A DNA stretch of 54,183 bases from an uncultured Clostridia bacterium (GCA_947166925.1 CAMVGD010000006.1:1-54183), one strand, 5' to 3'; positions 17,217-26,756 are shown, counted from the stretch's first letter. Notes: generated by a model not told the origin, from the letters alone. Numbers and translations are program-made.

Positions 17217-19222
17217 CGCGATCTCTCCTTCCTTTCACGCAGTTGTGTTTCAAACGTCTCAAGGCTGTCCGTGGGACTTTGGCAAGCTCCGCCCCTGCAA
17301 AGATAATACTGCACTCCGGCTTTCGGAACAGGATACTGCGCCGTAAACGGAGCGATCTTTGCGAGGCTTTCCGCATTTTCCGGCGTTTTCACAAGCACGG
17401 TGAGGTTCAGACGCGGCTCATGGCACAGAAAGGAAAGAAGCTCCTTTGGTGGCTCCTGCGCCGCACAGACGAGCTCCGCAGACGGCCATAGCTCCTCCAG
17501 CAACGCAAGAAGCGTGAAGCTATGCCCCGCCGGATTGTCGTGGATCACCCCGGACAGATAGCGAAGCTGCTTCTCTTTTGCCCGCAGGAACCGCTCCTCT
17601 CCCGTGAGCCTTGCAAGCCTCGACAGCACCAGCGCGGCAACGGCGTTGCCGGAAGGCATGGCTCCGTCGTAGGTCTCCTTGGTGCGGGTGATCAGTTGTT
17701 CTCCGTCCGCGGAATAGGGATAAAACCCGCCCCGCTGTTCATCGAAAAAGCGGTCCAGCAACAGCCCTGCCAATCGGCATGCTTCTCCAAGATAGTCCGT
17801 TTGGAAGGTCGCCTCATATAATGCGAGAAGTCCCCAAGCATAGAATGCATAGTCGTCCGGCTTTCCGTCGTGCGCAGCGTCTCCTTCCCGCCAACGGGCA
17901 AACAGGGAGCCGTCTTCTTTTGTCAGATGCGCTTTGATAAACGCCGCTGCCCGCTTCCCGGCATCGAGATAACGCGGCGCATCAAACACGAAACCCGCCC
18001 GTGCCAGTGCCGCGAGCATGAGCCCGTTCCATGCGGTGAGCACCTTGTCGTCCGCGGAAAGTGCCGTCCGTTTCCTGCGGTATGCATACAGCTTTTCCCG
18101 CGCAGCGTTCACCCATGTCGGCTCCGTCTCCCAATCAGGCACATCTATGAGGTTTGGGATGCTCCTTCCCTCATAATGACCTCGCGGTGTGATGTCAAAT
18201 CTCTTTAGGAACCGCTCGGCTTCGGGCTCGTCCAATGCGCTAGTCACATCCTTCGGCATCAGAAGATAGTATTTTCCCTCCACACCCTCGCTGTCCGCGT
18301 CCTGCCCGCAGAAGAAACCGCCCAGGGGATCGGAAAGCTCCCGGAGCGCATAGTCCAGCGTCCGGCAGGCGATGTCCTTCCAGACCGGACGGCGGGTATG
18401 CTCGTATGCCTCCGTATAGGTCAGCGCCAGCAGAGCATTGTCATAGAGCATCTTTTCAAAATGAGGAACGAGCCACCGGTCGTCCGTGGCGTACCGGCAG
18501 AAACCGCCGCCGAGGTGGTCAAAAAGCCCGCCGCGGAACATGTGCATGAGCGTACTTTCCGCCATCTCGCGAAATGGATCTTCGCCGGTCAGGCGGGCAT
18601 AGCGAAGCAGAAGCAGGAGGTTATGTGGCGTGGGAAATTTGGGTGCGGTGCCAAAGCCGCCCCACACGGCGTCATACAGCCCGGATAGCTGCAACGCTCC
18701 TGCACGCACCAAAGCCCGGTTGGGTTCTTCGGGATCATGCTCCCGCTCTCTACGAAGATACTCGGTCAGGCGGCTTCCCTCCGCCATCACTTCCTCCCGG
18801 TTTTCATGCCACAGGGCGGATGCCTCGTTAAGCAGGGATAAAAGCTGTCTTTTCGGTAAATACGTTCCCGCCCAAAAGGGCTTTTTCTCCGGCGTCAGCA
18901 GCAACGTCAGCGGCCAGCCGCCGGAACCGTTCATGGCAAGGCACGCCGCCATATAGGCCGCGTCCACGTCCGGGCGCTCCTCCCGATCCACTTTTATTGG
19001 AACGAAATCCCGGTTGATTGCCTCCGCCACTTCCGCATCCTCAAAGGACTCATGCGCCATCACATGACACCAATGACAGGTGGAATACCCGATGCTGAGC
19101 AGTATGGGCTTCTCCTCCCGGACGGCTGCGTCAAAAGCGGTCTGTCCCCACGGTCGCCACTGGACCGGGTTCCCCGCATGCTGCAACAGGTAAGGCGATT
19201 TTTCGTATTGAAGTTCATTCAT
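17213..19222 (-). CDS. Thioredoxin-domain protein YyaL/SSP411 family
   Basis: [47 protein letters not shown]. Confidence 0.92.
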   Translation of the reverse strand: MNELQYEKSPYLLQHAGNPVQWRPWGQTAFDAAVREEKPILLSIGYSTCHWCHVMAHESFEDAEVAEAINRDFVPIKVDREERPDVDAAYMAACLAMNGSGGWPLTLLLTPEKKPFWAGTYLPKRQLLSLLNEASALWHENREEVMAEGSRLTEYLRREREHDPEEPNRALVRAGALQLSGLYDAVWGGFGTAPKFPTPHNLLLLLRYARLTGEDPFREMAESTLMHMFRGGLFDHLGGGFCRYATDDRWLVPHFEKMLYDNALLALTYTEAYEHTRRPVWKDIACRTLDYALRELSDPLGGFFCGQDADSEGVEGKYYLLMPKDVTSALDEPEAERFLKRFDITPRGHYEGRSIPNLIDVPDWETEPTWVNAAREKLYAYRRKRTALSADDKVLTAWNGLMLAALARAGFVFDAPRYLDAGKRAAAFIKAHLTKEDGSLFARWREGDAAHDGKPDDYAFYAWGLLALYEATFQTDYLGEACRLAGLLLDRFFDEQRGGFYPYSADGEQLITRTKETYDGAMPSGNAVAALVLSRLARLTGEERFLRAKEKQLRYLSGVIHDNPAGHSFTLLALLEELWPSAELVCAAQEPPKELLSFLCHEPRLNLTVLVKTPENAESLAKIAPFTAQYPVPKAGVQYYLCRGGACQSPTDSLETFETQLRERKERSR

Positions 19223-19231
19223 GGACTTTTC

Positions 19232-19666
19232 TCAAAGATAGTCCCTTAGCTCGACTGCCAGCTCTTCTTCGAGGGCAATCAGGCGTTTCGCGATCTCCTT
19301 GGATGCCTCATCCGCGGCAGCGTATTGGTTGAAGTATTTGCTTAGCGACTTAACGCCCATGTTGCAGCCGTCCGTCATAAGATTGGCGATTTCGGCGTCC
19401 GTATCGTGCAGCATAAGCTTCATTTTTGTTTTCATCTCGGACATGACCGATGCAATGGCAGGCGGGTCCTTTCCCTCGTCCTTGTATTGGTCGAGAAGCT
19501 CTTGCAGTTCCTTGCTCAGTTTCTCATGGCCGTTCTTATTTTTCGTAAGGATTTTTTCCAGTGCGTCCGAATGTACATGGCTCAATACGTCCTCGATAGA
19601 GGAAATCCCCATCTTCACGCCCTCGTCACACTCCCTGAGGAGCTTTATGGTATCCTGTTCAATCAT
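19232..19666 (-). CDS. Conserved helical (ferritin-like) hypothetical protein
   Basis: ATG 19666 after AAAGGA; LLRECDEGVKMG...IANLMTDGCNMGVKSL. Confidence 0.7.
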   Translation of the reverse strand: MIEQDTIKLLRECDEGVKMGISSIEDVLSHVHSDALEKILTKNKNGHEKLSKELQELLDQYKDEGKDPPAIASVMSEMKTKMKLMLHDTDAEIANLMTDGCNMGVKSLSKYFNQYAAADEASKEIAKRLIALEEELAVELRDYL

Positions 19667-19698
19667 TTGCAATATCCTTTCCTGCGTAATATGCCAAC

Positions 19699-19727
19699 AG
19701 TATTCCCGCGCTTTTGTGTTATCATCC
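19699..19727 (-). promoter_or_regulatory. Candidate SigF/SigG forespore promoter
   Basis: Minus strand GGATG-N15-GGGAATACT, same layout as the spoIIR promoter in this window (GTATG-N15-GGAAATACT). Confidence 0.45.
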
Positions 19728-19841
19728 TTTTTTGATACAATATCCGTAGGAATAGAAGAAATGCTCCTTTAATCCAAGATGCTCAATAGCATTCCACTGA
19801 CCAATGCTCGCCTGTCTCCGGAACATCCAAACGCATCCTCC

Positions 19842-20229
19842 GATAATCCGATTTACATTTTCTTAACGGACGAGCCGTATGTGGCTGCAATTAATCACGA
19901 AAGGATATCTGGACGCCATACGCAAACAGCTGCACACATAACTATTGTTGTTTTCGCGGAAGCGAAGCTCAAGAAGGCGCATATTCAGGTTTGTCGTAAA
20001 TGAGCAAGGAGATACAATAGGCAAACAAAAGAAGCTAGTCAATGAAACGAACACTCTGTAGCATGCGATTGAACGGATTGCACGCGTGCAACTGTCGGAC
20101 ATTCGTGCATAGAATTTAAAGCGAAGAAGGGCCACGGGAACTTGCAGAACGGAAAGCCGTGCAATAGAAATAGTGGGAAAAAGTTTAAGAGCGATAAGTT
20201 AAGCGGGGGCATCTTCAGCGATGCTCCCG
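19842..20229 (+). pseudogene. Degenerate copy of 15303-15701 including a broken 59-aa gene
   Basis: Start codon reads ATA and an in-frame TAG is present (ACTCTGTAGCAT); terminal hairpin retained. Confidence 0.75.
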
Positions 20230-20351
20230 TCCTTTTGCGTTACTCTTTCTTTCCTTGTTTCGCGATTTGCTTGTCAGCATCGTGATAATTCATCTATTAG
20301 TTGAACAGTAGGATGCATTGGCGTATTCCGGCGACAGCAGTCCGAATCAAC

Positions 20352-20882
20352 TTAGACTATAAATTTGCGGTTTAGATTCAGTTCATCCACAAGCGAATTT
20401 ATTGCTTTTTTCAATGAATCTTTGATGTTTTCATAATCTTTCATACGAAGCATAAAATAGCTTTCAGGCGATATAACTTCTGATGTCAAATCGTATTTTA
20501 ACTGCGTAATCAGCAAGGCATAAGCAGCTAGAATGACATACTTATCTTCTGCTGGTTTGTTTGCAGCTTCATAAGATAATTGTTGCATTTTTACTGCTAT
20601 CTTTATTGTTTCCTTGCTACCGTATGATAAGACTTTTGAAAGCAATGCACCGTATTGTTCAACAAACTCCCGAGGATTACAAAGCTTATTCTTAATTAAC
20701 TTATCCATTAATTCACAAATATCAAACGCCAAAGCATAAATGGTCTGCGTTGCCATGTTGATTTTCTCTTTCCTTATTTCATCCTTAAAGTTCCTTTTTG
20801 TCATGAAATAAGTAATTATAAAGCCAAGTATCGTTATGCTGACTGTTAAAATTGTATCAAAATGTTTCTGTAAAAAATCCAT
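20352..20882 (-). CDS. AT-rich hypothetical protein with N-terminal TM helix
   Basis: AAAGGA RBS; 176 aa; one TM followed by a helical domain. Confidence 0.7.
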   Translation of the reverse strand: MDFLQKHFDTILTVSITILGFIITYFMTKRNFKDEIRKEKINMATQTIYALAFDICELMDKLIKNKLCNPREFVEQYGALLSKVLSYGSKETIKIAVKMQQLSYEAANKPAEDKYVILAAYALLITQLKYDLTSEVISPESYFMLRMKDYENIKDSLKKAINSLVDELNLNRKFIV

Positions 20883-21184
20883 CTTCCTATCCTTTCTTGA
20901 TTAAAAGTGCAAGGCAATGAAAGCTATCTGCTTGCTATATAAAACAACTAATTGTTCTAATTAATTAACATCGTAAGCACAACAAATATCTATTGACCTT
21001 AACAAAAAAATCTTCTGAAAAATGAATCTTTCAAAAGAGTCCCTGCTAAACAGTTAATACCTTTCCCAACCCGATACGTAAACAATAAATCAAGAGTGAG
21101 GATGATTCTTACTATAAAGCTATCAATTGATACTGTTCTCTGCCTGATGTTTGCACTAAAACTGTACCGAGATATCGCATATAC

Positions 21185-21352
21185 TTACATCTTCTTTTTC
21201 CGTGTCCAGTGTTCCCGAGGCTTGCTGGTGGGCAGGATCGGTAGCCCGTTCTTGAAGTGCGTTTTCTCAAATTGATCGAAGAAAAGCAATAATCCGAACC
21301 CATCTCCTACAAGGAAGATTTGGTTCGGATTATTTTGCTTTGGTGCCGGTGG
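21185..21352 (-). other. Probable detached C-terminal tail of a large serine recombinase (att junction)
   Basis: A frame through the tRNA 3' end gives ...PPAPKQNNPNQIFLVGDGFGLLLFF...stop, resembling tails I recall from clostridial tRNA-targeting serine recombinases. Confidence 0.45.
21283..21341 (-). terminator. Long hairpin after tRNA-Leu
   Basis: AATAATCCGAACC...GGTTCGGATTATT stem with a T-rich tail on the minus strand. Confidence 0.6.
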
Positions 21353-21427
21353 TGGGACTCGAACCCACACGCTGTCGCCAGCAAAGGATTTTGAGTCCTC
21401 CTCGTCTGCCAATTCCAACACACCGGC
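21341..21427 (-). tRNA. tRNA-Leu (CAA)
   Basis: GCCGGTG acceptor stem, D-loop GGAATTGGCAGAC, anticodon loop CTCAAAA, long variable arm, GGTTCGAGTCC T arm, encoded CCA. Confidence 0.95.
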
Positions 21428-21565
21428 AAGAGTTTTCCTCGAAAATCACCACTCCGGAAATCGGAGGGCATTTTGGAGGGCAAACCTCAAAAATCAAAGA
21501 TATTCAGTTTTCAAAAGCCCAGATAAATAGGGCAGTTCCGGCATCGGAACGAGAAATGACCCATT

Positions 21566-21610
21566 GGATTTTGAGTCCTCCTCGTCTGCCAATTCCATCA
21601 CACCGGCAAG
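21566..21610 (-). repeat. Duplicate of tRNA-Leu 5' half (att-like direct repeat of 21386-21430)
   Basis: 45 bp with one mismatch, exactly 180 bp from the intact tRNA copy. Confidence 0.9.
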
Positions 21611-21620
21611 GTGCTTTTTA

Positions 21621-21649
21621 TTTATAGCACAGATAGGGCAAAAACGCAA
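21621..21649 (-). promoter_or_regulatory. SigA promoter of the tRNA locus
   Basis: Minus strand TTGCGT-N17-TATAAA with extended TG. Confidence 0.6.
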
Positions 21650-21702
21650 GGTTTTTTTCTCGCAGGCGCTGCGGATGCAAACGGCCGGATCGGCTTTCCG
21701 GT

Positions 21703-22923
21703 TTACAGAAACAGGAGGATCACGGATCGAATCGCAAGCACGGCTGACAAAAGCACGATCGTCCATCCGGCAAACAGCAGCGCCGGCGGATGCCGGTAGT
21801 CGCCGACGATCGCGCGGCGGCGGGAGGCAAGCAATATGCAGGCAAGCGAGACCGGCAGAACGAAGCCGTTGACCGTGCCTGCGAGGATCGCGAAACGCGC
21901 TGCGCCGCCGAAGATCAGCAGGATCAGTGCGGACACGCCGATCATGCCGAGGACGAACGCGCGATCGTGCCGTTCGATGAACGGATGCAGTGTTTTCAAA
22001 AACGTCACGGAGGTATACGCCGCGCCGACCGTACAGGCGAATCCGGCGCAGAACAGCGTTATGCCGAACAGCCGCCTGCCCCACTCCCCCGCTGCCAGCA
22101 GGAACGTCTGCGCCGCGGGGTTATCGGAGGCGAGGATCGACGCCGCGTTTTCGGAAAGAAACGTTCCGCCCGCACTGCACGCGCCGATCACGCAGAAAAA
22201 CAGCAGCAGGCGGATCGCGCCCGACACAGACGCGCCGAGAACTGCCGCGCGGCGGAAGGTTTTCGGCGAACCGCCGCCCGCTTCGAGCAGGCGGTGCGCC
22301 CCGGAGAACGGGATATATCCGCCGCACGCGCCGCCGAGCAGCGTCAGCAGCGGGAAGATCGAACCGGCCCACGCGGACGGCGCGGGAACGGACGTCACCG
22401 CAAGCAGGACGGGCGGACGCGTTGCAGCGCATGCCGCAAGCACCGCGGCGACGATGATCGCGCTCAGCACGATCGCCAGCCGGTCGACGATGCGCTTTGC
22501 ACCGGCAAAGCAAAAGATCCCTGCGGCAAGCAATCCGCCGATCAGCGCGCCGATCCGCTCGTTCAGCCCTGTCGCCGCGGACAGCCCCAACGCAACGCCG
22601 CCGATGTTGCCTGCGTTGAACGCCAGCCCGCCGATCGCGATCATGACGGTCAGCACTGTACCGAGCCCTTTCTGCACGCAATCGGCGATCTGTGCGCCGG
22701 AACGCCCCGCCGCGCCGACGACCGACCAGATATTCGCCTTTGTGACGATATCCGCAAGCGTCACGAGCAGGATGACATACAGAAAGGAGGGTCCGCCCTC
22801 CGCCGAAAAGCGCGTCGTCTGGATCAGAAAGCCGGGACCGACCGCGGACGCAGCCAGCAGAAACGCCGCGCCGAGTACCGTGCCGCGCCGGATCGTCCGC
22901 TCCGCCCGTTCCGACATATCCAT
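21703..22923 (-). CDS. NRAMP-family / YcsG-like permease
   Basis: GAAFLLAASAVGPGFLIQT, GGLAFNAGNIGG, GGYIPFSGAHRLL, GAAYTSVTFL. Confidence 0.8.
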   Translation of the reverse strand: MDMSERAERTIRRGTVLGAAFLLAASAVGPGFLIQTTRFSAEGGPSFLYVILLVTLADIVTKANIWSVVGAAGRSGAQIADCVQKGLGTVLTVMIAIGGLAFNAGNIGGVALGLSAATGLNERIGALIGGLLAAGIFCFAGAKRIVDRLAIVLSAIIVAAVLAACAATRPPVLLAVTSVPAPSAWAGSIFPLLTLLGGACGGYIPFSGAHRLLEAGGGSPKTFRRAAVLGASVSGAIRLLLFFCVIGACSAGGTFLSENAASILASDNPAAQTFLLAAGEWGRRLFGITLFCAGFACTVGAAYTSVTFLKTLHPFIERHDRAFVLGMIGVSALILLIFGGAARFAILAGTVNGFVLPVSLACILLASRRRAIVGDYRHPPALLFAGWTIVLLSAVLAIRSVILLFL

Positions 22924-22978
22924 GCTCCTTTCAATACAAACGCCCCGATCTGCTCGGGGCGCAATGCATCAGTCGTTT

Positions 22979-23491
22979 TTAATACTTGAGGATCGTTTCG
23001 ACCGGATATCCCGCGAGCGTCTCGCGTCCGGGGAGGTCCGTAAGCTCAATCGCAAAGACGAAGCCGACCACGACCCCGCCCGCCTTTTCGACGAGCTTGG
23101 CGCACGCAAGCGCCGTGCCGCCGGTCGCCAGAAGGTCGTCGACGATCGCAACGCGCTGACCGGGCTTGATCGCGTCCACATGGATCTGCAGCTCGTCCGA
23201 ACCGTACTCAAGCCCGTAGGTGCAGCCGATCGTCTCATACGGAAGCTTGCCGGGCTTTCTCGCCGGAACGAATCCGGCATGCAGCGTATTCGCCAGCGCA
23301 GAGCCGAAGATGAAGCCGCGCGCCTCCGGTCCCACGACCAGATCGACGTCCTGTTCAAACAGCGGCTTCGCCATTTCGTTGATGAGCTCCTCAAAGCCGT
23401 CCGCGTCGCCGATCAGCGGCGTGATGTCGCGGAACAGGATGCCCGCCTTCGGAAAATCGGGAATGTTGCGTACCAAAGCTTTCAGATCCAT
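22979..23491 (-). CDS. apt: Adenine phosphoribosyltransferase
   Basis: IPDFPKAGILFRDITP, EARGF, RKPGKLP, IVDDLLATGGT; ATG 23491 after GAGG. Confidence 0.95.
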   Translation of the reverse strand: MDLKALVRNIPDFPKAGILFRDITPLIGDADGFEELINEMAKPLFEQDVDLVVGPEARGFIFGSALANTLHAGFVPARKPGKLPYETIGCTYGLEYGSDELQIHVDAIKPGQRVAIVDDLLATGGTALACAKLVEKAGGVVVGFVFAIELTDLPGRETLAGYPVETILKY

Positions 23492-23740
23492 AGGTTCCTC
23501 CTTGCGGTTCAAAAGAACAGATTACAAATGATTATAGCATGAACGGATCGGTTTTTCAACCGGTGGCGGAAAAAGATCCGAAAAGAAACGACGGCGGGAC
23601 ACAGGGCGCCGAGGCGCAGTGGTGTCTGCCGCTGCGCGGCAGGCGATGCGGCTGCGCCGTGATGATTGCCTTCTGCAAGAGATGTATGCCCTGCGGGCAC
23701 GTTCAGGAGGATTTTCCGCCGGAGAATCTCAAATCGTGTG

Positions 23741-23768
23741 CGGGACGCCGGGGTCGGCGTCCCCTACA
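23741..23768. repeat. GTAG-type REP palindrome
   Basis: GGGACGCCG-gggt-CGGCGTCCC-CTAC. Confidence 0.6.
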
Positions 23769-23827
23769 AAGCGCCGGAGCGCGGAGATGAGCGTCCGCAA
23801 AAAGTCTTGTTTTCCGATGATTAGCCG

Positions 23828-23856
23828 TTGCGAATTTCCGTCTGCTGTGGTATAAT
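23828..23856 (+). promoter_or_regulatory. SigA promoter
   Basis: TTGCGA-N17-TATAAT with extended TG. Confidence 0.7.
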
Positions 23857-24054
23857 GCAAATTGCGACACAAATCGAATACATGTTTTTTCGGACACGAT
23901 ACACAAATAGTGTAGGCTTTTTGCTTTGGCAAAAACGTAAAGCTCCATGAGCGCACTATTTGTGTGAGTGTGTTCGATTTGTGTCGCAGCAAAGGAGCTT
24001 GCGTTTTTCGTGCGCGGCTCCGGCTGCGCACTTTTTTGTTTTGGAGAATGGGGC

Positions 24055-25029
24055 ATGTCACGGATCCCGCAGAATCGATATTTGCAGAAAGCGAAGAACT
24101 ACAACGCCGAGCGCTTTACTACGTCGTTTGGCATTAAGTTCCGGCGTTTCATTTCTCCTCTTGTTCGCAGAATAATCTGGCTTGCAACGGACAAGCCCTT
24201 GGTCGTGCTGCAATACCCGAAGCTTGAAAAGGGACAGCGCTATATCTTCGCCGCAGGGCATTCGTTCCCCGGCGAGATTGCAAGCAACCTTGCCTCCATC
24301 GACCGCCCTACATGGGTGCTGCTCGGAACCACCGATCAGGTCGACCACAATCCGCAGATGAATATCGCTTGGGTAAACGGTTTGATCTATGTCAACAAGC
24401 GCGATACGGCGTCGCGCAAGGAGTCCGTGAAGAAAATGAAGCGGATCCTGAATAACGGCAGCAGCGTCCTGCTGTTTCCGGAAGGCGTTTTGAACAACAG
24501 CGAAAGTTTGTATTGTATGCCGCTTTATCCGGGTATCTACTATATGTCGCGCGATACCGGTGCAAAGGTCGTGCCGATTGTGGCGCAATCCGAACACAAG
24601 GATAATAAGATATGGATTGCAGCGGGCGAACCGCTGGACTTTTCCGAAATGGATAAGGAAACCGCGATCCAAACTCTGCGGGATGCGCTTGCAACCCTGC
24701 GCTATACAATCTGCGAACAGGTTTATGCACCGCAAAAGCGGGAGGAGCTGACCGGCGATCTGCATGAACAGCATTTGAAAGACCGTTGGAATACCTACAT
24801 GGAAGCCAAATGGCATTTGCCGGATTGGGACGAGGAGATCATGACCTATCGAAAAGCGGGCTTTGTTGCCGCCGAAGAGGTCCGCGCAGAGCTTGCACAG
24901 GTGACGCCGACGGCACGGAATGCGCACATTCTCGCGCCGATCCTACTTCGGCACGGGGAGGACCAATGCTTGGACGCCAAGCGATACATGAAAGAGCATT
25001 GGAGCAACAGAAAAGGGGGAGCAAAATGA
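24055..25029 (+). CDS. PlsC-like lysophospholipid acyltransferase
   Basis: GGAG + ATG 24055; FAAGHSFPGE (HX4E), IYVNKRD, LFPEG, VVPI motifs. Confidence 0.75.
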   Translation: MSRIPQNRYLQKAKNYNAERFTTSFGIKFRRFISPLVRRIIWLATDKPLVVLQYPKLEKGQRYIFAAGHSFPGEIASNLASIDRPTWVLLGTTDQVDHNPQMNIAWVNGLIYVNKRDTASRKESVKKMKRILNNGSSVLLFPEGVLNNSESLYCMPLYPGIYYMSRDTGAKVVPIVAQSEHKDNKIWIAAGEPLDFSEMDKETAIQTLRDALATLRYTICEQVYAPQKREELTGDLHEQHLKDRWNTYMEAKWHLPDWDEEIMTYRKAGFVAAEEVRAELAQVTPTARNAHILAPILLRHGEDQCLDAKRYMKEHWSNRKGGAK

Positions 25030-26741
25030 AGCAAACAAAACTGACGGGCTATCCGTCCATTGACAAGCCGTGGCTGAAATACTATTCCGAGGAAGCGATC
25101 AACGCGCCTCTGCCGGAGTGTACTATGTATGAAGCTGCTTATTCTGGCAACGAAGATCATTTGGATAAAGTGATATTTGAGTTCTATGGACGAAAAATAA
25201 CAGCAAAACAGTTTTTTGACAGAGTAGATGATGTAGCGGCAGCGTTGACTTCGCTATCTATCAAGCATGGTGATACTGTTACGATCTGTATGCTAAATAC
25301 GCCGGAGACAGTATACTTGATGTATGCAATAAACAAGATCGGCGCAATCGCAAATCTTCTGTGCCCTGTTTCGCCGAAAGAAGAATTGCTGCACGACATA
25401 AACCTTTGTAAATCTGAAGTGTTATTCACTTTGGACATTTTTCAGGATAAGATGCTTGAGATCATCGATCATACCTGTATCAAAAAAGTCGTTGTCGCAA
25501 AGCTGAAGCAGTCGATGTCTTTACCGTTCAGAATTGCGGTAACTATAATAAAAAAACAAAAGAGTATTCCTTTGGCAGAGGATTTGCGGTTTCTAACCTG
25601 GAATCATTTCATGAAACATAAAGACTACTCTTTTGTCGTTAACCATGATCCCAAAGATGTAGCAGCAATTGTCTATACCGGGGGAACGACCGGAGGCTCT
25701 AAGGGCGTGGCTCTGACCAATTACAGCATCGTTGCAACAGCGTGGCAGTATATTCATGGCGGAGCGGATATTGAAAGAAATGATACTTGGGCAGAAGTGT
25801 TACCCTTGTTCATTGCTTATGGTGTCTCTTGCGCGCTTCAAATACCTTTGATGGTTGGCATCAAAATTCATCTTCGTCTTCCGATGACTGATACAATAGA
25901 CCAACTGGCAAGATTCCGGCCAAATCATATTATGAGCGGGCCAGATTCATGGAATCAATTAGCCGAATTGGCAAAGGATATTGATTTGTCTTTTTTGAAG
26001 GAACCAATCAGCGGAGGAGATACCCTCCCTGTTCCTGTGGAGCAGAAAGTCAATAGCTACTTAGATAAGCAGGGAAGCAAATACCCTTTGATGAATGGTT
26101 ATGGTATGAGCGAGGTGTGCGCTGCCGTTTCTTGCAATAATATCAGAATCCACAAAGAAGGAACCGTTGGAATTCCTTTTGTAAAGAACATCGTCTCTGC
26201 GTTTGATATTGATACGCAGGAGGAGAAGAAAACCGGTGAAGAAGGTGAATTGTGTATATGCACGCCTTCTATGATGTGGGGGTATGTCAATAACAAAGCG
26301 GAAACAGAGAATATCGCGAGGAAGCACAGCGATGGAAAAGTGTGGATCCATACCGGTGATTTAGGGTTTATTGATGAAGATGGGTTCATCCATATCAATG
26401 GTAGGTTAAAGCGATATCTCATGCGTTATTGGAGCGATGGTGTAAAGAAAATATTCTGTCCGGATATTGAGCGCCATTTAATAAAGTGTCCCATCATTGA
26501 GAACTGTGTGATCGTACCGGTTACAGCCGATTTGGGACAAGCTCCGCACGCATATGTCATATTGAAAGATAAGTCGATGCCAAAAAAAGAAGCTGTTGAT
26601 GCGATAAAAGGCTATTGTGAACAGAAGATTGGAGAAGTATATCGTCCTGATTCCTTTACAATCGTTCAGAATTATCCACATACAAAAGTCGGCAAGATCG
26701 ACTACCGCGCGCTGGAAAAACGCGCGGCAAAGGAAGCATAA
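25026..26741 (+). CDS. AMP-dependent acyl-CoA synthetase / ligase
   Basis: ATGA overlap with the upstream gene; YTGGTTGGSKG, GYGMSE, HTGDLG, TKVGKID. Confidence 0.9.
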   Translation: MKQTKLTGYPSIDKPWLKYYSEEAINAPLPECTMYEAAYSGNEDHLDKVIFEFYGRKITAKQFFDRVDDVAAALTSLSIKHGDTVTICMLNTPETVYLMYAINKIGAIANLLCPVSPKEELLHDINLCKSEVLFTLDIFQDKMLEIIDHTCIKKVVVAKLKQSMSLPFRIAVTIIKKQKSIPLAEDLRFLTWNHFMKHKDYSFVVNHDPKDVAAIVYTGGTTGGSKGVALTNYSIVATAWQYIHGGADIERNDTWAEVLPLFIAYGVSCALQIPLMVGIKIHLRLPMTDTIDQLARFRPNHIMSGPDSWNQLAELAKDIDLSFLKEPISGGDTLPVPVEQKVNSYLDKQGSKYPLMNGYGMSEVCAAVSCNNIRIHKEGTVGIPFVKNIVSAFDIDTQEEKKTGEEGELCICTPSMMWGYVNNKAETENIARKHSDGKVWIHTGDLGFIDEDGFIHINGRLKRYLMRYWSDGVKKIFCPDIERHLIKCPIIENCVIVPVTADLGQAPHAYVILKDKSMPKKEAVDAIKGYCEQKIGEVYRPDSFTIVQNYPHTKVGKIDYRALEKRAAKEA

Positions 26742-26756
26742 GGCAAGCGAACAGCG

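Larger units (their letters stand above)
1..21343. mobile_element. Genomic island / integrative mobilizable element at tRNA-Leu 3' end (left boundary probably outside window)
   Basis: Contains relaxase, MobC, oriT-like palindromes and ParM/ParR. Composition is heterogeneous and AT-richer than the host genes right of 21700. It ends at the tRNA CCA, followed by a recombinase-tail-like peptide. No integrase or second att copy was found in the window. Confidence 0.6.

Noticed and set aside
21566-21607. Second tRNA gene
   Set aside because: Lacks the variable arm, T arm and 3' acceptor strand.
21185-22084. ORFs spanning the tRNA and its half copy
   Set aside because: They read through tRNA sequence; only the post-tRNA tail was kept, as a possible recombinase remnant.
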